The notes beneath the pieces are model-generated. The model was given only the letters and a program-made list of their open reading frames with translations, ran no database searches and was not told where the DNA came from. Both the position numbers and the translations under genes were made by a program. DNA of 64,000 nucleotides from IMG/VR virus record IMGVR_UViG_3300014494_000005, positions 186,001 to 250,000 of that record. One strand, given 5' to 3'. Positions 30,789-41,681 of the stretch are shown here, one piece after another; position 1 is the stretch's first letter, and every line of letters starts with the position of its first letter.

Positions 30789-33700
30789 ATGGTAAATGAC
30801 CCTACAATAACAAAAGGTGCACATTCAATTATTAATGGTAATGTAATTCTTGTAGAACCTAATGATATAAATATAAATAATAATTTAATTGATGGTGTTC
30901 CATTCGTTAATGGTATACCACAATATCAAGATATGTTTATTTTTGCAGAATTAACTGCGGTAAGTAAAGGAAGGTCAGTTATTATTAATTCAACAGTAAC
31001 AAGTGATAATGGTAAAAAAATAAATTTAATGGGACCAAATCAAGATAAAACATCTGATAATCCCGATTATTTAAATTTTACCACAAATTATTATGACGGT
31101 AGTATGGGTAATAAAGATGTTCTTGAAAGTTTTGGTATTACCAGTATTAAAATAACAGTTAATTCATCCTATGTCCCACAAGTTACTATTCAATTTGTAG
31201 ATATAAGAGGATTATCATTTTTTAATACTAAAAATTCACCATATAGAGCATTATTTGATTTTCCACCACCAATGTTCATGTTAACAGTTAAAGGATATTA
31301 TGGTAAAGCATTAACATATAAATTACATCTCGTTAAATATACAACAGAATTTCAAGCAGAAAATGGTAATTTTATAATTAATGCTGATTTTGTTGCAATG
31401 ACATTTGCGCCATTAAGCGATATATTATTTAGATATATTGTAAATGTACCATTAATTACGCATAATGAATCAATAAATCCTGAAGCAAAAAATCCACCAA
31501 GAACTACATATGAATTAATAATTAAATTAAGAAATTTATATTCAGATATTGATAAAAAATTTAAGGCACAACCAGTAAGTCATGATTATGATGTAGTACT
31601 TAATAAATTAACCGAAATTAATAATGCAATACTAACAATAAATGAATTTAATAAAAATGATAAATTAATAAGTAAAGGAAAAATACATTTAATAGTACAA
31701 ATGGTACAATCCATAGTACCTAATGCAAAACAAATTCCAACAACGCAACCAAATCAAAATTCTGATTATCAAGAAATTAATAATTTGAATCAATTTGATG
31801 ATATGTTAAAAAAACAATCAACATCTGGAACTGAAATTAATTCAAATATGAGATTATGTATTGGATATGTTGCAGGAACTAATATACCGACACCTGATGC
31901 AAGTACTGGATATACTGCAAATGTAAGTCGTATTAATGGATTAATAAATACTTTAAATGCGTATCGTGATAGTCTTATTAAACCAGTATCAATAACAAAT
32001 AAAAACATTCCAAATGCTGTTTATAAATATGGTAAATATAATATAGAATCAGGAACATATCAATCAACAAGATATGTTATGCTTGATATTACTGATTATT
32101 ATACTGAATTATACAAAACAAATATTAATTTAAATAAACAAAAAAATGACCTTGCATTAGATATAAACAATAAAGTCAATGATATTGTTATCAATGATTT
32201 AGGCATGATACCAACTGTATATAATATATTTAAAATAATTTTAAATGATGTTGATACCTTTTTTGATACGCTCAGAGATACATCAAATTTAGCAGAAAAT
32301 TATCATAATAGAATTCCAGATAAAACAATTATTGGTGGTAATAAATTATATGCGGATAATTTACAACAAATTTATTCGTTTCCATTAGTTATTCGACAAT
32401 CTCAAGTAGCTGGTGGTACAAAAGAAGAAAGAATTGCACCAATTGAATTACAAAAACAAGGTGCTGATTTTCCCGAATTAACACTTGTACAAAATTTTAT
32501 TGATAGTTTCCAAAAACAACACAATATTCAAGCACAACTTGATATGAGAGCCGAACAAAATGATGATGGTAGTTATAAGTGGATACCAGTATCCCCATTT
32601 GACTCAATACTTGGTGGTGCATCTCCAGTAAGTCCATATATTGGAACAATTAATTCTTCTTCCGATAAATTAACACAAATTTATCAAATTTTATTAAGAA
32701 GGTATTACATATTATCTCAAGGTACAATTCCTAATGTATATGTAAATAATAATGATGTAACTAATCAATATATTAATTTATATGCAGCTTCAGAAGCAGC
32801 AAATTTAGCTGCATCACTTGGAACACAATCAAATCCAGATTTTATTGATGCTGTAAAAAGTTCTATAGAAAATTATGCAAAAACTAATGGACTTGTTACA
32901 TTTTATAATGATATGTCAAAAGTTTCTGAAAATGGTATTAATTTATATAATTTAAATAATATTCCTAATGGAGTAAAAGAATTTCCAATAACACCAACAG
33001 ATGATACAAATGGACTTGTATATGTAAATAAAAATAATATTGGTTTTGAAGGAATTAATTTATATCCATCTCCTATTATTATGAGAACTGCAAATGATAC
33101 TCAAAATACAAATAATCCTATTGATAAATTTACTTCTGGTGTAGAAGGTCCTTGGTATAAAACATTATTTGTTGGCAGTCCTCGTGAATTTTGGTATAAC
33201 TTTACTCAAGAAAATGTATTATATATTAAAGATGTTGAAGATAAAGATGGTGATTTTACTAATGACAATACTGTATATAAATCAAGATATTTAGGTGGTT
33301 TAGTTACAGCAGCAATTATAAATAATGGTGATGTAATAACAACATTTAATAATTCATTAGCAAATGGTAACACATTTGGTGATTCTTCACATTTTTATGC
33401 CAGTGGTAATCTTGAAAATGCTACAAGTATTGTTGATGTATGGAGAGATTGTTTATCATTTAGAGTAACAAATATTGAAAAATCTATAGAAAATTCTGTT
33501 GATAAATTAATATATAATAAAATAATTAATATCAATTTATATCCAAATAATGCACGTTTAAGTGCATTATTATTGATATCAAATTTTGGATTTGCATTAG
33601 GACCTTTTAATTTATTTCCTAATGGCTTAAATGAATTAGTATTCACCACACCAGCAGTAATTGAAGTTCCAACATACTTACCATTATATATTGGAGCATT

Positions 33701-35408
33701 AATTGATGCAATCGAAGGTGGTGATACATATGTTCCTTGGATTAATACAATTATAGATTTTTATACAAATGACGTTGGTCAATATTTACCTAATGGTGGT
33801 AATTTTATTGCAGCAGATTTGCATGATGTTAAATTATATTTATCAGTAAAAGATAAAGCAAAATTTAAAGAAGCATTTAATAACTATTATAATGATTCTT
33901 TAGGTTTTCCTGCATTATTAAATAATGTTAATAATCTATATAATGAAGTACATAAGAAAGTAAAAGACTTACCATTACCAATAAATTATGGTAATGATAC
34001 ATATGATAATGCTTTAAATACTTATTATAATGATTTAAATATTGCATATGATATATATTTGAATCCAAAATCTACAAATACTACTACAAGTGCTATTGGA
34101 TATTTTTATCCTGATGTACTTAATTCATTAATTTTTAGAAAAAATATTATTGTTTTTAGTGAACTTACTTTTGAAAAGAAAACAACATATAATGCTGGAT
34201 ATACATCACTTGCAACAAGACAAACAAATAAAATATATCAAAAATTAGATAATAGTTTTTTTAACATTTTTTTTGTAAAATTAAATGAAGAACTTCTTGC
34301 AATGAATAAAAAAACAAAAGAAGAAAAAAATAAAATAGATAAAATAAAGGGTGATGTTGACATTATAACACAAACATATTATTCTTTTAAAAATATAAAT
34401 GATAAATGGTTAACAAGTCCTACAGAAACAATTAAAGGATATCCATATAATGATGCAGGAAAAAACTTAATAGATTCATTTGTATTTGTTGATAGAGCAA
34501 TGAATCCTATTGGTGATACAATAATTAATGCAGAATTACTTCCACAATTGTTTGAAGATACTAATGTTTCTGTTTTTAGTGTATTATCACAATTATTATC
34601 AGCAAATGGTTTCGAATTTTTTCCACTTCAAAATTTTATGTCATTTGATAATCCCGCTAATTGGGAAGATTCATTTAAAATACTTACAGGAGTTCCTGCC
34701 TTAAATCCATCAAGTGCTTTTGTATGTATGTATATAGGTGGTTCATCGAGCTATCCATCAACATCAAGTTCAGAAACCAATGGATTTATAAATGATGGTA
34801 TTATTGATTTAAGTAATCCACAAGTTAAGGATTTCAATACAACTCCAAATGATACCAAACAAGAACAAGAAATAAATTCAAATTTTCAATTTAGACAAGT
34901 ACGTGCATTTAGAGTTAGATTTGGTGAACAAAATCAATCAATGTTTACTAACATAAAAATTGATAGTAAAGAATATACAGATACAAATGAATCAATTAAT
35001 ATACTTGCAAGACTTGCTGGTGATAATAAAATAGATGCACCAACACCAAAAGGTCAAAATCTTTATAATTTATATGAAAATAGGTCATATAAAGCAACAA
35101 TTACTTCTATGGGAAATGCAACAATTCAACCCACACAATATTTTCAAATTGAAAACGTTCCATTATTTAATGGTGCTTATATTATATTAAGTGTTGAACA
35201 TACAATTACTGCAAATAAAATGATGACTGAATTTTCTGGAACTAAAATATTAAAATATCCTGTACCTCGTGTACTAAATCCAGTAGCATTTGTAGGTATT
35301 GATGAAGATATTAGTAATTTATCTGCTGGTCAAATTGTACAAGGAGCACTTTTAACAAATTATCCACAAACGCAATATAATTCAATGTATACATTTAAAC
35401 TAATATAA
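30789..35408 (+). CDS. Large baseplate hub/tail-associated protein
   Basis: 1539 aa; FGI.SI.I....SY.PQVTI.F.D N-terminus and GNA.IQPTQYF.......GAYII..V.H.I C-terminus resemble hub (gp27-like) folds; followed by a lysozyme-like gene. Confidence 0.55.
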   Translation: MVNDPTITKGAHSIINGNVILVEPNDININNNLIDGVPFVNGIPQYQDMFIFAELTAVSKGRSVIINSTVTSDNGKKINLMGPNQDKTSDNPDYLNFTTNYYDGSMGNKDVLESFGITSIKITVNSSYVPQVTIQFVDIRGLSFFNTKNSPYRALFDFPPPMFMLTVKGYYGKALTYKLHLVKYTTEFQAENGNFIINADFVAMTFAPLSDILFRYIVNVPLITHNESINPEAKNPPRTTYELIIKLRNLYSDIDKKFKAQPVSHDYDVVLNKLTEINNAILTINEFNKNDKLISKGKIHLIVQMVQSIVPNAKQIPTTQPNQNSDYQEINNLNQFDDMLKKQSTSGTEINSNMRLCIGYVAGTNIPTPDASTGYTANVSRINGLINTLNAYRDSLIKPVSITNKNIPNAVYKYGKYNIESGTYQSTRYVMLDITDYYTELYKTNINLNKQKNDLALDINNKVNDIVINDLGMIPTVYNIFKIILNDVDTFFDTLRDTSNLAENYHNRIPDKTIIGGNKLYADNLQQIYSFPLVIRQSQVAGGTKEERIAPIELQKQGADFPELTLVQNFIDSFQKQHNIQAQLDMRAEQNDDGSYKWIPVSPFDSILGGASPVSPYIGTINSSSDKLTQIYQILLRRYYILSQGTIPNVYVNNNDVTNQYINLYAASEAANLAASLGTQSNPDFIDAVKSSIENYAKTNGLVTFYNDMSKVSENGINLYNLNNIPNGVKEFPITPTDDTNGLVYVNKNNIGFEGINLYPSPIIMRTANDTQNTNNPIDKFTSGVEGPWYKTLFVGSPREFWYNFTQENVLYIKDVEDKDGDFTNDNTVYKSRYLGGLVTAAIINNGDVITTFNNSLANGNTFGDSSHFYASGNLENATSIVDVWRDCLSFRVTNIEKSIENSVDKLIYNKIININLYPNNARLSALLLISNFGFALGPFNLFPNGLNELVFTTPAVIEVPTYLPLYIGALIDAIEGGDTYVPWINTIIDFYTNDVGQYLPNGGNFIAADLHDVKLYLSVKDKAKFKEAFNNYYNDSLGFPALLNNVNNLYNEVHKKVKDLPLPINYGNDTYDNALNTYYNDLNIAYDIYLNPKSTNTTTSAIGYFYPDVLNSLIFRKNIIVFSELTFEKKTTYNAGYTSLATRQTNKIYQKLDNSFFNIFFVKLNEELLAMNKKTKEEKNKIDKIKGDVDIITQTYYSFKNINDKWLTSPTETIKGYPYNDAGKNLIDSFVFVDRAMNPIGDTIINAELLPQLFEDTNVSVFSVLSQLLSANGFEFFPLQNFMSFDNPANWEDSFKILTGVPALNPSSAFVCMYIGGSSSYPSTSSSETNGFINDGIIDLSNPQVKDFNTTPNDTKQEQEINSNFQFRQVRAFRVRFGEQNQSMFTNIKIDSKEYTDTNESINILARLAGDNKIDAPTPKGQNLYNLYENRSYKATITSMGNATIQPTQYFQIENVPLFNGAYIILSVEHTITANKMMTEFSGTKILKYPVPRVLNPVAFVGIDEDISNLSAGQIVQGALLTNYPQTQYNSMYTFKLI

Positions 35409-35409
35409 T

Positions 35410-36261
35410 ATGGCAATTACATCAATAACAGAACAAGGTAAAGCATTTATTCGCAGTGTATGCGAAGGTATTGGTTCTTCATTATTAAATGGTAAAAATA
35501 ATGAAGGTTCTTTACCTTATTGTTATCCTGAAACATCACCATCAAAAGTCTGGTATTCTCAAGCAAAATATAATGGAACATTAATTAAAACTAATCAAGA
35601 ATTAGGTGAAGCACTTATTGTATGGTTTAATAAATATGGACAACAATATCAAATGGACCCAAATGTAATAGCAGCACAAGCATATGCAGAATCTGGATAT
35701 AAATTATGGAATTATCCTCTAACAAGTACTGCATCAGGAATTAATCAATTTATTGCAACAACAGTATATAGTATGATTATAAATAATAGTAATTTTACAC
35801 AAGCTGAAAAAAATGCACTTACTGTTGGTTGGTCTGGAAATACAATGGATATGGATACATTTCGTGTCGATAAACCATTAGGAAGTAGAAATAGACCATA
35901 TGGACATCAAAATATTTGTAATAATCCTGAAATAATGATTAAAGCACAATTTGTATATCTAAAATATATTTCAGATAAATATACTAAAGGTATTACAAGT
36001 AGTACATTATTTGGTTATAGTAGAGGTGAAGGACTTTGTACCCCCTCATATAGCACATCAATACAAAAAGCAGCAAAATATAAATCTGGTTATGAATTAG
36101 AAGGTGTTAATTATGTATTAAGAATATTTAATCTTCTCGGTAAAAAACCAACACAAAAAGGTGGTAATCCTCATGGATATTTTGGCTATGATGATTTGGG
36201 AATGAATTTACCTTTTGATTCATATAAAGCTGAAGTAGATGAAACAAATCTTAGAACTTAA
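35410..36261 (+). CDS. Lytic transglycosylase/lysozyme-like tail protein
   Basis: YQMDPNVIAAQAYAESGY catalytic-Glu helix; ASGINQF. Confidence 0.7.
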   Translation: MAITSITEQGKAFIRSVCEGIGSSLLNGKNNEGSLPYCYPETSPSKVWYSQAKYNGTLIKTNQELGEALIVWFNKYGQQYQMDPNVIAAQAYAESGYKLWNYPLTSTASGINQFIATTVYSMIINNSNFTQAEKNALTVGWSGNTMDMDTFRVDKPLGSRNRPYGHQNICNNPEIMIKAQFVYLKYISDKYTKGITSSTLFGYSRGEGLCTPSYSTSIQKAAKYKSGYELEGVNYVLRIFNLLGKKPTQKGGNPHGYFGYDDLGMNLPFDSYKAEVDETNLRT

Positions 36262-37055
36262 AGTAATTCTTTTTTTAGTTCATATAAACTGATAATATTA
36301 TCATCAACATCTTTTTGCTTATAAACCATTTCTTTTATTTTTTGAATAGCTTTTACAACGCTATCTTTAGTATTATCTTTATTTATACTTTCTAAAATTG
36401 TAAGAGTTTCGGTTCTATAAGTTTCAAGAAGTGCTTGTTTTTCACTATCATTTGATTTAATAAGAGTAGTAAGTAAATTTTTATCATCTTCATTTAATGA
36501 TTCATATTTTTCATTAAATTTATTTACTGCAATTTCAATAACATCTTCATTAATAGGTTTCACATCAACATTTTCAATTAATGATTTTCTTGGTGTTTTT
36601 ATATGATTTAAAACTAAAGTAAATGATTCATGTATATTATCAACATTAATATTATCATAATCTTGAAGAGATTCTCTAATTAGATTATCTATTGCTTCAT
36701 ATAATTTAAGTTTATCTTGTTCTATTTGACTATAAAATGCGGGAACTTCTTCATATAATGAAGTTAATTTTTCGTGTTCTTTATCAATTTCTTGAATTGT
36801 ATAAACTTCAAATAATTTTATATTATTATCTATATAACGAGTTGCAGCAATATCACTTTCAATACATTTATTTTCTATATTATTAAACACTTTAAATTCT
36901 AATTCTAAAATTGGAGAACTTTTAATTATATCAAGAAAATCAAAAGCAATTTTCTTAGATTCTTCAATAAATTTATTATTGAAATATGAATCTTTTAATT
37001 TATTTGAAATTATCAAATTAACAATTCCTATATTGGCATTTTTCATATGATACAA
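36258..37055 (-). CDS. Hypothetical head-module protein
   Basis: Helical protein with several IxE/LxE sites, next to portal. Confidence 0.55.
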   Translation of the reverse strand: MYHMKNANIGIVNLIISNKLKDSYFNNKFIEESKKIAFDFLDIIKSSPILELEFKVFNNIENKCIESDIAATRYIDNNIKLFEVYTIQEIDKEHEKLTSLYEEVPAFYSQIEQDKLKLYEAIDNLIRESLQDYDNINVDNIHESFTLVLNHIKTPRKSLIENVDVKPINEDVIEIAVNKFNEKYESLNEDDKNLLTTLIKSNDSEKQALLETYRTETLTILESINKDNTKDSVVKAIQKIKEMVYKQKDVDDNIISLYELKKELL

Positions 37056-37127
37056 TTCGATTTATAATAAATACTCTAATTAGTTATAAATGTTATTATC
37101 GTACAATATATAAATAATACATCTAAA

Positions 37128-39137
37128 TTATTCGGGTAAATCAATGTTCTCAATATCCATAATTTCAGTATCTTGTATTTCAATAATTTTTTGTCCAGTG
37201 TTTATACTTTCACGATTTTCCAATAAATTATTTATTTCATTAATCATATCTAATGCTTTGTTATTCAAAGAATCATTAATTTTATTGTTTTCTTGAATAA
37301 TTTGTGTATGTTCTGATTCTTTTTTAATTTCTGTTTCTTTACTACTACCATATACTAATTTTTCAATATGTTTATTATATTCTTCTTCACTTAATTTAGG
37401 TTCTTTATTTTCCATCATTGCTTCAGCACCACCCCCCCCAGCAGGAGCACCACCAATAGGTGGAGCACCAGCACCTGCGCCACCACCAGTAGGTAATGCT
37501 CCACCTGTTGGAGCAGGAGCACCACCAATAGGTGGAGCACCAGCTTCACCACCAGTAGTACCAGACATTGACATTCCTTCTTCTGGTGAACCAAAACGTT
37601 TATCAATATCAGTAAATAAACCAGATTTTTTAATTGTAACTGGAGAATCTTGAAGTTCTTGCATAACAACCTTTTCCATTTTTTGTTGTTTCAAATCTTC
37701 AACAATTTCTCTATCAGTCATATTGAAAAGTACTCGTTTAGCGGTAGTATGTGACATAGCTGCAATACCACCTTCAGCACGAGTTAATTCTGTATATGTT
37801 TGTGCTTTATCACGCATTAATTCAGATTTCAATAATTCTTGTTGAGTACTTGGATTTGTAAGTGTAAGAGTGAAACTACTTAAATCTTCACCAGTATATC
37901 CTAATAAATATAAATGAATCATTGCCATTTTATTCAATTCTTGAATTATGGCTTGTTGAATACGATTTATTTTTTTAGAAAATCTAATATCATATTGTGC
38001 CATATTCTTACCAGCACCAGCAGAATCTTGAAATGATAAAAAGGGTTTTGGAATACCTAAACCTATAAATAAATTATCTCTTAAATATTCTATATCCTGT
38101 ATAGCATCTAAATTACTTGCACCGGGAAGTGTATCAATACCAGTTTCAGTATTTGCATTTCTAACAGGAATAAAATAATCTTCATCATTACCAAGTATAT
38201 TAAAACGATAATCAATTTGACCATCATTCGGATTTACTTGTGCAGTTTTTTTGAATTTAGTTGCAACTTTATAAATATATTCTTCAATATCATCTTCATC
38301 AATATTTCCAACATCTATTTTAAATACCTTCTTTTCACCAGCACGGATAATACGATATGTAAGCATAGCATCTTCAGCCATTACAAGTTGTCTGAACACT
38401 CTACGTATTTTATTTAAAACCGAACTACCATATGGTAAATATTTATCATCACCAAGTAATCTGAAATGAGCTATTTCAAAAACATTAAATTCATCACCAG
38501 TCATTCTTTCTTTAAATTTAACCAGTGGTTTACCATTTTGAATTCTTTCAAACCTTTCAATTTCATAATTTACCAATTGCTTTACATGTGTAATACCTTT
38601 TTTACGTTCGCCATAAAGTAATACAAAATTATCTCCATATTTACATGTATTTCTTACCCAAAAAGGTAAATTAACATTAACATTTACTATATCATAGAAA
38701 AATTCTTCCAACAACATTTTTATTCTTTCTTTGTTAGAATATATATTTAACATTTTACCATTTAAACCAATAGTAGTTGCTTCTTCCATAAATAAATCCA
38801 ATGCACTACTAATAATTGGATAATATTCCATACCCTCATAATCAATATATGCTGGTAGTCTTGCTGCTTCATATTGAAGTGCTTTTTGAAAACCCCTATC
38901 AGTTGTTCTAAAAAATTTATTTTGAAGTTCTCTTTTTTGTTCCAACTCCAAACCCTTTTTTTGAATTTCTTCAGGACTATTACCTTTAATTATTATTTTT
39001 GCTCTTTCAGGTGGTGGTGTAGATGCTTGTAGCATTACACTTGTAGATTGATTATCTTGAAAGCCAAAACCATCAAGATTCATCATTTTATTAAGTTCTT
39101 GATATATTGTTCCTTTATTTTTTGTTGGTTCAGCCAT
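37128..39137 (-). CDS. Portal protein (T4 gp20-like)
   Basis: EDAMLTYRIIRA.E..VFKIDVGN, EDYFIPVR, I.TLPGA.NL..I.DIEY and LGIPK motifs; Gly/Pro/Ala-rich C-terminal insert. Confidence 0.95.
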   Translation of the reverse strand: MAEPTKNKGTIYQELNKMMNLDGFGFQDNQSTSVMLQASTPPPERAKIIIKGNSPEEIQKKGLELEQKRELQNKFFRTTDRGFQKALQYEAARLPAYIDYEGMEYYPIISSALDLFMEEATTIGLNGKMLNIYSNKERIKMLLEEFFYDIVNVNVNLPFWVRNTCKYGDNFVLLYGERKKGITHVKQLVNYEIERFERIQNGKPLVKFKERMTGDEFNVFEIAHFRLLGDDKYLPYGSSVLNKIRRVFRQLVMAEDAMLTYRIIRAGEKKVFKIDVGNIDEDDIEEYIYKVATKFKKTAQVNPNDGQIDYRFNILGNDEDYFIPVRNANTETGIDTLPGASNLDAIQDIEYLRDNLFIGLGIPKPFLSFQDSAGAGKNMAQYDIRFSKKINRIQQAIIQELNKMAMIHLYLLGYTGEDLSSFTLTLTNPSTQQELLKSELMRDKAQTYTELTRAEGGIAAMSHTTAKRVLFNMTDREIVEDLKQQKMEKVVMQELQDSPVTIKKSGLFTDIDKRFGSPEEGMSMSGTTGGEAGAPPIGGAPAPTGGALPTGGGAGAGAPPIGGAPAGGGGAEAMMENKEPKLSEEEYNKHIEKLVYGSSKETEIKKESEHTQIIQENNKINDSLNNKALDMINEINNLLENRESINTGQKIIEIQDTEIMDIENIDLPE

Positions 39138-39208
39138 TTTTATAATTTTTTATATTTTTTTATAAATACTTCGATTTTTTTAAAAAGTCATTTAAATATA
39201 AATACATA

Positions 39209-40516
39209 CTATATTTTCTTTTTATCTTTAATACCATCAAATAACCATGCATTTGCTCCATATGGATTTAATGGTGATACACTATTAGGTGAAATCATTG
39301 GTCTGTTTTTTATATCAATTTTTCTTCCCATTTCATTTATATCATTATTGGTTATTATGGCATTAAGCATATGTTCAGTTATTCCTTTACTTTGTTTATA
39401 TCTCGCCATATCAAAATTAAGAACATACAAACCAATTGATAATCCCATAATTGAATCATCATGAAATGTACGTTTATGGTCTGCAACCCTATTACCAGCA
39501 ACAGTTACAAATGTTTTTAATTCTTCTAATAATCTAATTGACCTAATAATAACATCTTCTAAATGAATAGCTCTTTGTAATTCCAAAATAACTGATGCAC
39601 GATTATTACCTATAAAAAATCCAGGAATTAAATCAACATTAATTACTGTACCATCTGGCATTATTTTTTGACCTTTTTTTATATATCCTTGTAATCTATC
39701 TCTACTTGGTTTATGTGTTACTTCAGCATAATGAACATGTTCATTACCATAACCAAATTCTAATAATTTTTCAACACTTTGTACACCATAACCACCAGTA
39801 ATATCAACAACACAATATGCATTATTATATTTTCTACCATATTGATATGCTATTTCTGCAAGCATTTGTGGTGTAACTTTACCATAATATTCAGCAACTT
39901 GTTCAACTTTATGCCTTTTTATTTTAATTTTTTTTGTTTTACCACCTTTTTCTATTATTTTTTCTTCAATAGTTTCTATGGTTTTAAGTATATTTATTGT
40001 TGAATTATCTTCTCCATGACCCGGAGAGGCATCTAATGCCATAATATATTCTTCACCTGCTTCAGGGTCTTTCCAAATCCACATATTACCATCAACATAT
40101 TCTTGACGAATTGGAATTAGTTTTTCATTTTCTTCAATTCGTTTTAAATATTCTTTAGCAATAAAATTATCACCAGACCCCAAAAAAGAACAATTATGAT
40201 TTAAGATTCCATTTGCAAAATATTCACACCCTTCGCTATCAACAATATCATAAAATTCACAATCATTTATCGGTTCAACAGATTTAACATAAAAATCTCC
40301 TTCTGTTGTTGTTAAATATGCAACATTTGGTATTAATGATTTGGCATACATATCAACATTATTTGTAATGAATATATGGTCTTCACTAACAATAATTGAC
40401 ATATCATTTTCTAAAGTTATTTTTAATCCATTTTTTTTGTTCGATTTTTCCACTCCCAAAAAATCCACAAAATTTCCTGAATTATTTAATATTTCATATT
40501 CAGTATTAATTAACAT
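39209..40516 (-). CDS. terL: Terminase large subunit C-terminal fragment preceded by a C-intein (108 aa)
   Basis: IntC with SEDH block B, YDIV block F and ILNHN end; then CSFLGSG, ALDASPG and HDDSIMG nuclease motifs. Confidence 0.9.
   Translation of the reverse strand: MLINTEYEILNNSGNFVDFLGVEKSNKKNGLKITLENDMSIIVSEDHIFITNNVDMYAKSLIPNVAYLTTTEGDFYVKSVEPINDCEFYDIVDSEGCEYFANGILNHNCSFLGSGDNFIAKEYLKRIEENEKLIPIRQEYVDGNMWIWKDPEAGEEYIMALDASPGHGEDNSTINILKTIETIEEKIIEKGGKTKKIKIKRHKVEQVAEYYGKVTPQMLAEIAYQYGRKYNNAYCVVDITGGYGVQSVEKLLEFGYGNEHVHYAEVTHKPSRDRLQGYIKKGQKIMPDGTVINVDLIPGFFIGNNRASVILELQRAIHLEDVIIRSIRLLEELKTFVTVAGNRVADHKRTFHDDSIMGLSIGLYVLNFDMARYKQSKGITEHMLNAIITNNDINEMGRKIDIKNRPMISPNSVSPLNPYGANAWLFDGIKDKKKI
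40193..40516 (-). mobile_element. Split intein C-fragment (108 aa)
   Basis: MLINTEYEIL...FANGILNHN followed by Cys. Confidence 0.9.
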
Positions 40517-41670
40517 TGTAAAAATTTAACACATTTATTAATGATTTCATTATTTTTATTATTTCTATTATATTCTTCTGAAGTTACAAACATAATTTCA
40601 AATCCCATATCTTTCAATATGGAATATCTAATATCATCAATATCATTCGAATGCCAATAAGTACCGTTATATTCAATAACTTTATTGTTTTGTTTAAAAT
40701 CTAACATCATTACTGTTTTATCATAATTAAATTTTTCTGGTATTCTTAATACAAATTCTTTATTTAATTCGGTAAAATATATATTATTCTTATTATCTAT
40801 ATTATCATATATATTCCAAAACAATTCTTGAGAAATTTTACTATATCTATTTGCTTTTAATATTGATAATTTATTCATTTTAATATTTACATGTTCCTTA
40901 TATTTTATAATTCCTAATTCAGTACCAAATTTACGTTGAAACCATTCAATACTATTTGTTTTATTTATTTTAACATTTTCTTTTCGTTCATTATAATAAT
41001 AATTCCAATTATCACAATATGTTTTTTTAAACCAATTAATTGATGGATATTTGGGTTCACATTTTCCACAAATAATACTAAATTCACCCTTATTTATTCT
41101 CCAAAATTTTAATACATTATGCTTGTGACAATAAATATCAATATTATTAATTAATATATATAATCTCATTGATAATTTATTTAAATTTTTATTAAGTAAA
41201 TTCAAATGAGATGTATAGTATAATAAACTTAAATATAATTTTTTATCATCTCTTAATAATTTTCTATTTCCAGATTTTCCATAATAAATTTTATATTTAT
41301 TTTTTAATAAATTTATTGTTTCTATTTTAGAATACAATTCAACAATTTTCGATAATTCATCATTACATAAATCCCATTGTTTTTTTGCTGCATTTAAATT
41401 ATATTTCTTAAAATCGCATAATTTTGAGTCATAAATCATTAATTTGTTATCAATCTTAATTTTGTTAATGTCACCATTATATTTTTGTAAAAATAAAATT
41501 TTTGCTGGTAATTTTTTGTTTGACGGATATATTTGAATTTCCTTAGTATATTCGTTAATATATTTTAATAGATTTGGAAACAGCTTATTAAAATGTGCAA
41601 CACCGCCCATAATACTAAAATTTTTTATATTTACATTATTTAAATTTTTAATTAATATTTCTTTTTTCAT
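40510..41670 (-). CDS. Vsr-like homing endonuclease between the split-intein halves
   Basis: SKISQELFW...LDFK...VIEYNGTYWH C-terminal nuclease; its stop overlaps the IntC start. Confidence 0.75.
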   Translation of the reverse strand: MKKEILIKNLNNVNIKNFSIMGGVAHFNKLFPNLLKYINEYTKEIQIYPSNKKLPAKILFLQKYNGDINKIKIDNKLMIYDSKLCDFKKYNLNAAKKQWDLCNDELSKIVELYSKIETINLLKNKYKIYYGKSGNRKLLRDDKKLYLSLLYYTSHLNLLNKNLNKLSMRLYILINNIDIYCHKHNVLKFWRINKGEFSIICGKCEPKYPSINWFKKTYCDNWNYYYNERKENVKINKTNSIEWFQRKFGTELGIIKYKEHVNIKMNKLSILKANRYSKISQELFWNIYDNIDNKNNIYFTELNKEFVLRIPEKFNYDKTVMMLDFKQNNKVIEYNGTYWHSNDIDDIRYSILKDMGFEIMFVTSEEYNRNNKNNEIINKCVKFLQC

Positions 41671-41681
41671 ATTATATTTTA

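Noticed and set aside
37441-37544. 32-bp direct repeat in the portal gene as a mobile or regulatory element
   Set aside because: It simply encodes a duplicated AGAPPIGGAPA unit in a low-complexity linker
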